Below, piece after piece: positions 28,820-38,379 of a stretch of 64,000 nt of DNA; position 1 is the stretch's first letter, and every line of letters begins with the position of its first letter. The stretch comes from a virus (taxonomy: Duplodnaviria; Caudoviricetes): positions 78,447-142,446 of the IMG/VR virus record IMGVR_UViG_2882238243_000002. One strand, given 5' to 3'. The position numbers and the translations under genes are program-made. The notes below the pieces were generated by a model. It saw only the letters and a program-made list of their open reading frames with translations, was not told the origin of the DNA and searched no databases.

Positions 28820-29989
28820 ATGGAACAAAAAGAAAGAGCATTAGCGCATATTGAGAAAATTGAGTGGATTAAACCAATTGAAGGAGCTGATAATATTGAG
28901 CTTATTGGTATTCTTGGTTGGATTTGTATCGCCAAGAAGGACGAATTTAAACAGGGAGACTTAGCGGTATACATTGAAATTGATAGTAAGTGTCCTGAAA
29001 GCGATGAACGTTTTGCATTTTTACAGTCAAAACATTATAAAGTAAAAACAATGAAGTTAGGGAAGTTTAAAGTCATTTCACAGGGATTAGCCTTACCGAT
29101 TTCATTATTTCCAGAATTACATAATAAAACGATGGGTTCAGATGTTACAAATGATTTGAAAATTACTTACGCTTCTGAGGATGATATTAAAAGAAAATCA
29201 AATAAAGTAGATCCGGAAGCCAAGTATAAAGCTATGGCAAACAGAAGACCAGATTTATTCAAAAGACCGATAGTGAGAACAGCTATGAAATATAAAATTG
29301 GTCGAAGATTAATGTTCTTGCTGTTTGGAAAGAAGAAGGATAATCCAAAGGAATTTCCAAAGTGGATTGTAAAGACTGATGAGACAAGAATTGAGAATGC
29401 ACCATTCTATCTAAATAGTACATCCAAATTTATAAAGACAGAAAAACTTGATGGTACTAGCTGTACATTTGCAGTAGACAGATTAAAGAAGGGAAAGGAT
29501 AAGTTTGATTTTATTGTTTGTAGTCGTAATGTGAGACAAGCTGACAGAGAGCAGTCTTGTTACCATGAGTTGAATATCTATTGGGAATTAGCAGATAAGT
29601 ACAATATAAAGAAAATTCTTACGGGTTTTGCTTCAGAAAACGGTTACAACAAAGTCGTATTGCAGGGCGAAGGTGTTGGTTTTGTACAAGGCAATCCATA
29701 TAAATTAAAAGAGAATAACCTATATGTGTTTAATCTAATTGTAGACGGTATACGTTTCGGAACAATGGAAATGGCTGAATTTTGTAAGCAGAATGACTTA
29801 AATCATATCCCTATCATTGACGAAGCTTATACACTTCCTAAGACAATGGAAGAAATGAAAGTGGAAGCTGATGGATATAGTGAAATTAATACAAAAGTAA
29901 AGCGAGAAGGATTTGTATATAGAAGTATTGATGGTCAGCAAAGTTTCAAAAACGTAAGTCGCGAATATTTATTAAAGCACAACGGATAG
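28820..29989 (+). CDS. RNA ligase (Rnl2/DRB0094-like)
   Basis: N-terminal PIEGADNIE OB-like region; TEKLDGTS, CSRN, QGE, REGFV and SFK motifs. Confidence 0.85.
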   Translation: MEQKERALAHIEKIEWIKPIEGADNIELIGILGWICIAKKDEFKQGDLAVYIEIDSKCPESDERFAFLQSKHYKVKTMKLGKFKVISQGLALPISLFPELHNKTMGSDVTNDLKITYASEDDIKRKSNKVDPEAKYKAMANRRPDLFKRPIVRTAMKYKIGRRLMFLLFGKKKDNPKEFPKWIVKTDETRIENAPFYLNSTSKFIKTEKLDGTSCTFAVDRLKKGKDKFDFIVCSRNVRQADREQSCYHELNIYWELADKYNIKKILTGFASENGYNKVVLQGEGVGFVQGNPYKLKENNLYVFNLIVDGIRFGTMEMAEFCKQNDLNHIPIIDEAYTLPKTMEEMKVEADGYSEINTKVKREGFVYRSIDGQQSFKNVSREYLLKHNG

Positions 29990-29999
29990 GGGTGATTAA

Positions 30000-30800
30000 T
30001 TGTATAAAGAAGAAGTACAGAAACAAGTACGGTGTCATTATGATAAATTGATTAAATTAGGTTACAACGTAGTAGGTGTATTTCTATATGGTTCACAGAA
30101 TTATGAATTGGATTATGAAAATTCAGATGTTGATACAAAGGCTATTGTATTACCAACTCTAAATGATATTGTTTTAAACCGGCAGCCAGTAAGTACAACA
30201 GTTGATATGGGAGATAATTGTCTCTGTGATGTAAAAGATATTCGTAAAATGTTTGAGTGTTTCAAAAAGCAAAATATTAATTTTATCGAATTGCTCTTTA
30301 CACAATATTATGCATTAAATCCGATTTACAAGAGCCTATATCGACCTATGCTAGATAATGCTGAGATAATCGCTAGGTACAACAATTATGCGAGTATAAA
30401 TTGTATGTCAGGTATGGCATTAGAAAAATACAATGCGTTGACTCATCCGTATCCAAGTATTATGGATAAAATTGAAAAATACGGATGTGATCCAAAGCAA
30501 TTGCATCACATTTTAAGACTAAAAGATTTTATCATTAGATACTGTGAGGAAGAAGAATATCGTACAATCTTAATCCCTAAGAACAAAGAAGAACTATTAG
30601 ATATTAAAGCAAATTATCATTACGAGCTGGAATATTCTAAATCTTTGGCAAAGTCAACGTGTGATTGGATAAAAGAATACAAAGATGAGTATATGAAAGA
30701 CAATCCTGTCAAAATAGATGAGCGAGCAGAAAATATTATGGCAAAGGTAATGACAGATTTGATTACTTTCAGTATAAAACGAGAGGTGAATACAAATTAA
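30000..30800 (+). CDS. Pol-beta-like nucleotidyltransferase
   Basis: LYGSQNY..DYENSDVD; KQLHHILRL. Confidence 0.75.
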   Translation: MYKEEVQKQVRCHYDKLIKLGYNVVGVFLYGSQNYELDYENSDVDTKAIVLPTLNDIVLNRQPVSTTVDMGDNCLCDVKDIRKMFECFKKQNINFIELLFTQYYALNPIYKSLYRPMLDNAEIIARYNNYASINCMSGMALEKYNALTHPYPSIMDKIEKYGCDPKQLHHILRLKDFIIRYCEEEEYRTILIPKNKEELLDIKANYHYELEYSKSLAKSTCDWIKEYKDEYMKDNPVKIDERAENIMAKVMTDLITFSIKREVNTN

Positions 30801-31689
30801 CAAACCTAAATTATTTTGTTTTGTAGGGTTGTCTGCATCTGGAAAGTCCACAATAGCCAAGCAGATAGCGATTGTAAATGACTGTGCAATCATATCATCA
30901 GATGATATACGTGGTGAAATTTGTGATGGTGGTGTAATTGACCAGACTAAAAATGATGAAGTGTTTAGACTTTTTCACAAGAAAGTCAAGGATAATTTGA
31001 AATCTGGTAAAAATGTTATTGCAGATGCTACGAATATTAACATGAGAGCAAGGCGGAGTTTACTTGAAAACGTAAAGAATGTTGATTGCCATAAGATTGC
31101 TTACATAGTTCCAAAGTCGGTAGAAAAGTGTATTGAAGATAATATTTATAAAGAATATCCTGTACCACATCATGTTATTCAAAAACAGATGATGAATTTT
31201 CAGATACCGTTCTTAGAAGAAGGCTTTGATGAAATTCAGATACATAGATTTGATAAGGATTATGAATTAGCACTTACTGATATTCAAGACAAGATGATTG
31301 GATTTGACCAAATGAATCCACATCATAATATGACATTGAGTAATCACTGTGCACACGCTGGTTTATTGTTTTCTGATATATATGGCAAAGATTTTAGAGA
31401 TGCAGCATACATTCACGATATTGGAAAAATATATACTCAGAAGTTTGATGAGGAAGGTGTAGCTCATTATTACCAACATGAAAACGTAGGTAGTTATTAT
31501 TTATTGAGTAATTATAACAATCTTAAAATTGAAAGTAATGAGATTTTAAACATGTGTTTTCTAATAAATTATCACATGATACCTATGTCATGGAGTAATG
31601 ATAAGGCAAAACAGAAGTGGATGAAAAGATTTGGAGAATATAAATATAAGCTGCTTTTAGTTTTTAATGAGTGTGATAAAGCAAGATGA
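30796..31689 (+). CDS. Polynucleotide kinase (AAA_33) fused to HD domain
   Basis: GLSASGKST, SSDDIR, DATN; HH...HDIGK...HENVG; frame open from ATT 30796 after GAGGTG. Confidence 0.85.
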   Translation: MNKPKLFCFVGLSASGKSTIAKQIAIVNDCAIISSDDIRGEICDGGVIDQTKNDEVFRLFHKKVKDNLKSGKNVIADATNINMRARRSLLENVKNVDCHKIAYIVPKSVEKCIEDNIYKEYPVPHHVIQKQMMNFQIPFLEEGFDEIQIHRFDKDYELALTDIQDKMIGFDQMNPHHNMTLSNHCAHAGLLFSDIYGKDFRDAAYIHDIGKIYTQKFDEEGVAHYYQHENVGSYYLLSNYNNLKIESNEILNMCFLINYHMIPMSWSNDKAKQKWMKRFGEYKYKLLLVFNECDKAR

Positions 31690-31776
31690 AACAAATCTTT
31701 CGTATGGAAATGAGGTGAGATTATCAAAATAAAAGAGAAGATAAAACAATGGTTATTTAAAGATGAATTAACCGAC

Positions 31777-32172
31777 ATGAGTATTTTGCAAGAACATTAT
31801 CTACATATCAAGAAAACTTTGGAGAATCTAGAAAATCAGATACAGCAAGCACGAAATATATACAAACGATCATCTAATGAGTGTAAGCGAGCAACAGAAG
31901 AATGTGAAAAGGCTTATGAAATAGTTTCAGATTGTCAAAAGATGATGAATGAAATTTGTGATGTTGGTGTGGATGTGGACTTTCGTGATAATTATCATAG
32001 TTGGGCAGTAGTTTGCATTCATGGAAAAATGGATTTTATGAAATTCGTTCCTTTGAATCACTCTGATGTAAGAGAAGTGGCAAGATTTCTAAAACAATTT
32101 GAATATTCAAAAAGAGTAGTAGATAGTCCATTCTCCTATGGCATGATTGAAGATTTGATAGCAAGGTTTTAG
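31777..32172 (+). CDS. Hypothetical protein
   Basis: Single ORF between sites 31687 and 32177 (start may be upstream). Confidence 0.6.
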   Translation: MSILQEHYLHIKKTLENLENQIQQARNIYKRSSNECKRATEECEKAYEIVSDCQKMMNEICDVGVDVDFRDNYHSWAVVCIHGKMDFMKFVPLNHSDVREVARFLKQFEYSKRVVDSPFSYGMIEDLIARF

Positions 32173-32205
32173 CAGACGAAACGTGAATTTCAAGTTAGAA
32201 ATGAG

Positions 32206-32565
32206 GTGATTTATATAAGTAATCAATATAAAGCAGAGTACATACTAAGTTGCCAATTATCAGGTAGTTTTAGAGTTGGTCAATATGTTCTTTTAGAATT
32301 AGGTGGTCTTGATGAAAGCGGAGAATATAAAAGTAACTATTGTGGTGAAATAAAAAGGATTACCCATGACTCAATCCTTGTCGTCTCAGATCAAAATGAA
32401 AATCGTGGAATTGGTGGGTATATACCAATTTCTGATATCAAAACCATAACACTAGTATATAGGATTGATGAGAAAACCTGTGGCGGATTTATCTATGATG
32501 ATGATGTCTTTACTCCGAGTTTTGGTATCTATTGCAAAGATGATATAGAACAGAACACATGGTAA
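32206..32565 (+). CDS. Hypothetical protein
   Basis: ORF track. Confidence 0.55.
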   Translation: MIYISNQYKAEYILSCQLSGSFRVGQYVLLELGGLDESGEYKSNYCGEIKRITHDSILVVSDQNENRGIGGYIPISDIKTITLVYRIDEKTCGGFIYDDDVFTPSFGIYCKDDIEQNTW

Positions 32566-32578
32566 AAGGAGAAATGAA

Positions 32579-32827
32579 ATGAGTTTAGCAGATGGAATAG
32601 CATGGGAACGAGAATTTGGAAATAGTATGTCAACAAAAGTGGAAACAAGTAATGGTAGAAATTGTAGAAATTGTAATAAGTCAAATGTATGTAAATATAA
32701 AGAGACAGTTGTCGAAGAAGTTGAGAAATTAATTGTAGAAGTTGCGAATTTAGAATTACCTCTTTCTATTAATATTAATTGTCGAGAATTTTTAGGAAAA
32801 AACTCAACAGTTAGGGGAGTGCAATGA
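32579..32827 (+). CDS. Hypothetical protein
   Basis: CRNC...VCKY. Confidence 0.55.
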   Translation: MSLADGIAWEREFGNSMSTKVETSNGRNCRNCNKSNVCKYKETVVEEVEKLIVEVANLELPLSININCREFLGKNSTVRGVQ

Positions 32828-33672
32828 GTAGATTAACAGAAAATATACATAGTTTTGATCATTATCAAAAAGAGTTTGCCACTTGGGAAGCTACGGAACA
32901 AAATATTGACGATAATAAAGCATTTTGGATGTTGCGAAAGCCCGGTAGTCAGTACCAGAAAGTTTGTCTTTACAGAGACGGCTGCAATATGTTTATATAT
33001 GGCGACTACGGTCAATTCACATTTGATAATATGACGTGGTTAGGTGACGTTTACAATCTGGAATATGACAATATTGGATACCAGACGGAGAAGTTAAATT
33101 ATGAGAGTAAACAATCGCTGAAAGTATTTGACGATGATTATTGTAAAGAGGATATTATTAACTGGTTCGAAGAAAACGTTCAGGAAAGTTTTTATGATAT
33201 TGCAGACACTGATGAAGAGCTGAATATCTTAATCAGTAAAGCTAAAGAAAACTTAGTCAATTATGGTTTTGATGTAGACGATTTTTGTGAGAAATATCAT
33301 TGTGAGGATTTAAGAAGTCTATTAGATTTTACAGATGATCTTTTATCCAACACTGATGAATATGAATGGATTTCGTATCTTAGAAATAATACAGATAGAT
33401 TACAAGAATTTGATGAACCATGCGAAAGTAGTCTATGGAATGCCGGTAAGAGGATTAATCAGAGATACTTTGTTTGCATGTACGCATTACAGGTGTGTGG
33501 TGAAAAGTTGAAGGAACGAAAGGAGATAAAGATGCAAGACTGGGAAAGGATTATGTCAGAATTAGATAAACTAACAAATGAAGTAGTAAATAGATATGAA
33601 CGTAAAGCTGGGATTGTTATGTTAGAGGATATGAAAGATAGGATAAAAAAAGTGATTAAAGACAACAAGTGA
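32824..33672 (+). CDS. Hypothetical protein
   Basis: IYGDYGQFTF; internal AAGGAG+ATG near 33532 suggests a fused small gene. Confidence 0.6.
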   Translation: MSRLTENIHSFDHYQKEFATWEATEQNIDDNKAFWMLRKPGSQYQKVCLYRDGCNMFIYGDYGQFTFDNMTWLGDVYNLEYDNIGYQTEKLNYESKQSLKVFDDDYCKEDIINWFEENVQESFYDIADTDEELNILISKAKENLVNYGFDVDDFCEKYHCEDLRSLLDFTDDLLSNTDEYEWISYLRNNTDRLQEFDEPCESSLWNAGKRINQRYFVCMYALQVCGEKLKERKEIKMQDWERIMSELDKLTNEVVNRYERKAGIVMLEDMKDRIKKVIKDNK

Positions 33673-33710
33673 TTTGGCTTGAAATGCGACATTCGTAAGG
33701 AGGGAAATAA

Positions 33711-34217
33711 TTGAAGAAAAGATTTTACTTTGAAGTAATGTATGGGGATGCGGACGGATATGATGATTTTACACATATCACAGAAAATGAAGCAGAAATA
33801 AATTTTCTAACATTTTTCTTAAGTAAATACGATGAGGATTTGTTTCAATTTTACAATAGACCTGACTTGTTAAAATACAACGAGACATATAACAACAACG
33901 AGGAACAACTAGTAGCAATTGTTAATGAAATGGCAATATTGGGTAATGAAGTAATAAAACAAGACGATGATTGGGTGGGTTTTGGAATTATTGATAATGC
34001 AGTAAATAAATATAATGCTCATGGGTTACTAGAAGAAATTATATGCTTTGTTGGTAATTGGTTTGATTGGAACATGTATCATAGTGGAATGGATTGCTAT
34101 GGTTGTCCTCAAAGTTATGCCATTGATGATATAACCGGATGTGAAGAGATTACTAGGGAAGGTGCTATTAAAATGTTTAAAGAAAAATTGGGTATAAACG
34201 TTGTATTTACAGATTAA
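33711..34217 (+). CDS. Hypothetical protein
   Basis: Single ORF between sites 33680 and 34214. Confidence 0.6.
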   Translation: MKKRFYFEVMYGDADGYDDFTHITENEAEINFLTFFLSKYDEDLFQFYNRPDLLKYNETYNNNEEQLVAIVNEMAILGNEVIKQDDDWVGFGIIDNAVNKYNAHGLLEEIICFVGNWFDWNMYHSGMDCYGCPQSYAIDDITGCEEITREGAIKMFKEKLGINVVFTD

Positions 34218-34249
34218 ATGTTGATTTTAAATGATTATAAGGAGAGATT

Positions 34250-34447
34250 ATGAGTAGAAAACTAACTGATGTTTTGGAACTTGTTAATATTTATAATAAG
34301 ATTTTACTTCGTTCGAATGGTGTCGCAATTGGATTATATGGTGATAAGGATAGTATTGATAAAAAATTCTTACAGTACGATGTTGATTGTATTGGTGCAA
34401 TTACAAGAGACGATGAGCCATGTTTGATTGTTGATGTTTGCAGCTAA
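34250..34447 (+). CDS. Hypothetical protein
   Basis: ORF with AAGGAG RBS. Confidence 0.55.
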   Translation: MSRKLTDVLELVNIYNKILLRSNGVAIGLYGDKDSIDKKFLQYDVDCIGAITRDDEPCLIVDVCS

Positions 34448-34473
34448 ATTTATTCAAAAGGTGGTGAATTAGA

Positions 34474-34863
34474 ATAGGAAGACTAATAGATTCAGATGAA
34501 GTATCGAATAAAATATATTTAAATGGGTGTCTTACCGACAATGCCGAGGACGCAATTCAAGAAACTCCAACTGCTTTTGATATGAATATGGTACTTGATC
34601 AGCTTGGCGATTATGGCAAACACAAAGGAATTCTAAAAGGTGATTACGACAAATGTGAGATTTACATTCCTGTATCGGTTGCAAAGCAAATTATAAGAGG
34701 TAGGGGACTTGGAGGCGTTTTAGGATATTTAGAAGATAATAATAAGAAGGTAAACGACTGTTCCACTTGTAAGAACAACGTGGAATTTCCAGCTCCACAT
34801 ACCTGCAATATTTGCACAAGTCTTGACCAGGAAGAAGAATATGAGACGTGGGAGGAAAAGTGA
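34474..34863 (+). CDS. Hypothetical phage protein
   Basis: Frame open from ATA 34474 ((M)GRLIDSDE) after GGTGGTG. Confidence 0.55.
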   Translation: MGRLIDSDEVSNKIYLNGCLTDNAEDAIQETPTAFDMNMVLDQLGDYGKHKGILKGDYDKCEIYIPVSVAKQIIRGRGLGGVLGYLEDNNKKVNDCSTCKNNVEFPAPHTCNICTSLDQEEEYETWEEK

Positions 34864-35324
34864 TGGCAAGAGAACTAATTTGGGTTGAATCAGAATTAGT
34901 ACCTAAAATCGAATTGATTCAAGATATTATAAAACTAAAAGGAGAAGATATTAGTAAGGCAATTAATAAGTTGGTTGAAAATACAGATGTTTTAAAAACT
35001 GATAATATCGACACTTCTCTTCTTGAAATCAAACTACATGCTGCGAAAGTTAGAAATACATATAAGGAATTAGTAGACAAAGAGATCGAAGAGACGAATG
35101 TGTTATGGGAAGAATGTGATAGTCGAATCTATGAAAGCAGAACAAAGATTAATCAAATAAAAGACACTTTTAGCGAGTTATCCAGTAGTATAAAAGAGTG
35201 TTCTAACAGTTTGGATAGATGGGAAATGGATAAATTTTCAGATGCTATGGATTTAATTGACAGATATAATCAGTACTCAGATAAAGAGAAGGAATTACTA
35301 AAAGGACTAATGAAATCAGAATGA
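34863..35324 (+). CDS. Coiled-coil hypothetical protein
   Basis: ORF; TGA stop is the left arm of site 35322. Confidence 0.6.
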   Translation: MARELIWVESELVPKIELIQDIIKLKGEDISKAINKLVENTDVLKTDNIDTSLLEIKLHAAKVRNTYKELVDKEIEETNVLWEECDSRIYESRTKINQIKDTFSELSSSIKECSNSLDRWEMDKFSDAMDLIDRYNQYSDKEKELLKGLMKSE

Positions 35325-35352
35325 AAGGTGGGTTTCAACCGTAGAAAAAGAG

Positions 35353-35898
35353 GTGAAAATTTTGACTGATAAAGAAAGAATACTAATGACTATAATCACT
35401 AGAGTTATACCAGGACTTACATATTGTTGCCATTCATATGAAGACAGAGAAAAATATGTAAAATCATATATGCTGAATAGAAATGGATTAGAAAAAGGCG
35501 ACTTGGTTTTCGCTAATACTTCTATAAAAATGAATGATTTTGTGGTTGGTTTCATCGAAGACTTTAAACCTGAATGTACAGTTATCAGAGAATTGGGAAG
35601 CAATCGTTTATGTAATTATTATAATGAGTCATTTAGCGTAATAAACAAAGACAAACTTGGTTATGAAATATTAGAAGGTATTCAATATAAAATATATCAA
35701 AAGGTATTAAAGGCATTTTCTGATTATAGTAGTTATTCAGCCCGTTTTCATAGTATTGAGTTTAATAATAAAATTTGTACAGTAAAGTCAAGAAAGATGT
35801 TTTCTAATGAACCAACACATGAGTTTTCTTTTAAATACAATTCAAAAACAACAATAAAAGAGATTGGTAAATTATTAGAGGAGAAAGAGAATAAATGA
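35353..35898 (+). CDS. Hypothetical protein
   Basis: ORF track. Confidence 0.6.
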   Translation: MKILTDKERILMTIITRVIPGLTYCCHSYEDREKYVKSYMLNRNGLEKGDLVFANTSIKMNDFVVGFIEDFKPECTVIRELGSNRLCNYYNESFSVINKDKLGYEILEGIQYKIYQKVLKAFSDYSSYSARFHSIEFNNKICTVKSRKMFSNEPTHEFSFKYNSKTTIKEIGKLLEEKENK

Positions 35899-36275
35899 TA
35901 TATACAAGTTATTTTGCAAAGCTTAAATCACTACCAGATAATATAATTCCAATATCAATTTGTGCTAAAGCTCCTGATTGGTATAAGGGGTTAGAGTATA
36001 AAAAACTTACTCCTAGTTATGACTTATTGATGCATTGGAAGATATTCCATGATGAAGAATATTATAGAAAACGCTTTAAAGAACAAGTATTAGATAAATT
36101 GAACCCTGAAAGTGTTAGTAGCGATTTATGGTATTTATGTGATAACACAATGCAGACAGAACCAGATATTGTACTCATGTGTTATGAAAAATCGTCGAAC
36201 TTTTGCCATAGACATTTGGTGTCTGATTGGTTAAACGAGAATGGAATTAAATGTGAAGAATTGAAAGGAGAATGA
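35895..36275 (+). CDS. DUF488-like protein
   Basis: IYTSYF...LMCYEK..FCHRHLV. Confidence 0.75.
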   Translation: MIYTSYFAKLKSLPDNIIPISICAKAPDWYKGLEYKKLTPSYDLLMHWKIFHDEEYYRKRFKEQVLDKLNPESVSSDLWYLCDNTMQTEPDIVLMCYEKSSNFCHRHLVSDWLNENGIKCEELKGE

Positions 36276-36281
36276 AACAAT

Positions 36282-36560
36282 ATGAATTTTGGAGAAGCAA
36301 TTGAAAAATTAAAAGTAGGTCAAAAAGTTGCAAGAGATGGTTGGAATGGTAAGGATATGTTTGTCGTATATCAGAAGGGATATCCACAAGGTATTCCGTG
36401 TAATAAACAAACGGCAGATGCATGGGGGTTAAGTGAGGGCGAATTATTTAAGTGTGAACCATATTTACAGATTAGAATGGTAAATGGCTCTCATTCCATG
36501 TGGGTACCATCAATAAACGACTGTTTGGCAGAAGATTGGAATGTTGTAAGCACCAATTAA
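36282..36560 (+). CDS. DUF2829 / Thoeris anti-defence Tad2-like protein
   Basis: MNFGEAIEKLKVGQKVARDGWNGK...WVPSINDCLAEDW. Confidence 0.8.
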   Translation: MNFGEAIEKLKVGQKVARDGWNGKDMFVVYQKGYPQGIPCNKQTADAWGLSEGELFKCEPYLQIRMVNGSHSMWVPSINDCLAEDWNVVSTN

Positions 36561-36602
36561 ACTTCGATTTCGTTTGGAGAATATAAAAGGAGATGTGATT
36601 AA

Positions 36603-36785
36603 ATGAGAAAGACAAAGATTATAGAAACTACAGAGAAATATGATGAAAGTGGAAAATTAATAGAGAAAATAGTCAGAGAAGAAACAGATGAAGATGATGC
36701 GATTTATTATTCACCTAATTATTTCGATACTTCTCAAGGCACTGAATATCTAAAATATCAACCAACATGTCATTGTGCCAAATAG
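36603..36785 (+). CDS. Small hypothetical protein
   Basis: Single ORF between sites 36557 and 36804. Confidence 0.5.
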   Translation: MRKTKIIETTEKYDESGKLIEKIVREETDEDDAIYYSPNYFDTSQGTEYLKYQPTCHCAK

Positions 36786-36846
36786 TTTTAAAGAATATTA
36801 ATAGGAAATGTTTCTTTTATCTTATAAGGAAGGAAAATAATTAGCC

Positions 36847-38043
36847 TTGAGAGTACAAAGAGTAGAACAACAAATAATAAGAAAAAATAATCCGATTTGG
36901 ATAATAGTTGATAAACATTGTTTTTATTCAAAAAATGTATATAACGAGGCTAATTACTTATTAAGGCAGGCTTTTATAAAAGAGAATAAAATTCTAACTG
37001 CCTACGAAGTTCAAAAAATTATGCAACCAATGGACTGCTACAAGGAGTGTGGATCGCAGGCAGCCCAAAAGACCATCCAGCTATTAGATGAAAATTGGAA
37101 ATCATATTTCGCAGCCATTAAGGATTGGAAGAAAAGTCCGGGTAAATATCTTGGAATGCCCAAATTACCGAGATACCTTCCTAAAGATGGTAGACAAGTA
37201 TTTATGTTAAAGAATATTCAATGTTCATTAAAGGACGGTATATTCAGAATTTCTTACAAACCATTTAAACAATATACAGTCCCAACTCACGCTAATGGAA
37301 AATTAATGCAATGTAGGTTTGTTCCAAAACCAAATTATTATGTGATGGAAATTGTATATCAAATTGAAGTGCCAGATATTTCAGAAGAGAGAAATAAAAT
37401 TTGCAGTATTGATTTAGGAACAGAGAATTTAATAACGATGGTAAATAATTTTGGAGAGCAACCAGTTATTATTAAAGGTGGTGATATTAAATCTGCGAAT
37501 CAATTTTATAATAAGAAGAAAGCCGAATTACAGTCGCAATTAAAGAAAGACACCAGTAGAGATTGGAGTAATAAACTTCAAAAACTTACTGATAAGAGAA
37601 ATGAGAAAATCAAATATCTTATGCATTGTGCAAGCAAACAAGTAGTAGACTACTGTGTTCTATACAGTGTCGATACTCTCATAATTGGATTGAATAAGAA
37701 GTGGAAACAAGAAAATTGCAATATGCAGAATTTTACTTATATTCCATATGATATGTTTATCAATCAATTAAAAAGTAAATGTGAAGAAAATGGAATTGAA
37801 GTTATTATAACAGAAGAAAGTTATACTTCTGGGACATCATTTTTAGACAATGAGAGTCCTGTAAAGGAGAATTATAACAAGGATAGACGAGTTTATAGAG
37901 GATTGTTCGTATCTAATACTGGTAAGAAGATCAATGCTGACGTGAATGGCGCGTATCAAATTATGAAAAAGGTAATTCCTGATGCTTTTAGCGAGGGAAT
38001 AGAGGGTGCAGGTTTACACCCAATACAGTTGAAAGCTGTATAA
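36847..38043 (+). CDS. tnpB: TnpB-family RNA-guided endonuclease, no TnpA
   Basis: SKNVYNEANY, PKLPRY, SIDLG, EESYTS, INADVNGAYQI. Confidence 0.9.
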   Translation: MRVQRVEQQIIRKNNPIWIIVDKHCFYSKNVYNEANYLLRQAFIKENKILTAYEVQKIMQPMDCYKECGSQAAQKTIQLLDENWKSYFAAIKDWKKSPGKYLGMPKLPRYLPKDGRQVFMLKNIQCSLKDGIFRISYKPFKQYTVPTHANGKLMQCRFVPKPNYYVMEIVYQIEVPDISEERNKICSIDLGTENLITMVNNFGEQPVIIKGGDIKSANQFYNKKKAELQSQLKKDTSRDWSNKLQKLTDKRNEKIKYLMHCASKQVVDYCVLYSVDTLIIGLNKKWKQENCNMQNFTYIPYDMFINQLKSKCEENGIEVIITEESYTSGTSFLDNESPVKENYNKDRRVYRGLFVSNTGKKINADVNGAYQIMKKVIPDAFSEGIEGAGLHPIQLKAV

Positions 38044-38379
38044 ATGGCAAATATAAAAGCCGATGAATCTCCTGTTTCATTCGGAGAAAGATTTACTCTA
38101 TTATATTGGTTTGGCGGCTAATGAGATGGCAAGAAAGTTTTTACATAAAATCATATCAATTAAAAATTCCAATATTTAAACTGAACAGAGAATATCTGCA
38201 CGGGTGCTAAAATAGCTCACCCTTGGGAGAGTTCGCTCATAAATAGCTATTTTTACATAGATTTTTCATTATAGAGTGATTTTCTATGTATCGTCCGGGA
38301 GGGCGTTGAAGTAATAGATGTTTTAATATTTTACATATTTAACATACAAAAAATTTAATTAACGGAGGTAGTTTATTTA

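Larger units (their letters stand above)
13496..38079. repeat. Intergenic TGAAA-N6-TTTC(A/G) site array, tract 2
   Basis: 16-bp sites starting at 13496, 14375, 18319, 19483, 19735, 20581, 22814, 24603, 24845, 26422, 28442, 28710, 31687, 32177, 33680, 34214, 35322, 36557, 36804, 38064. Confidence 0.8.
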
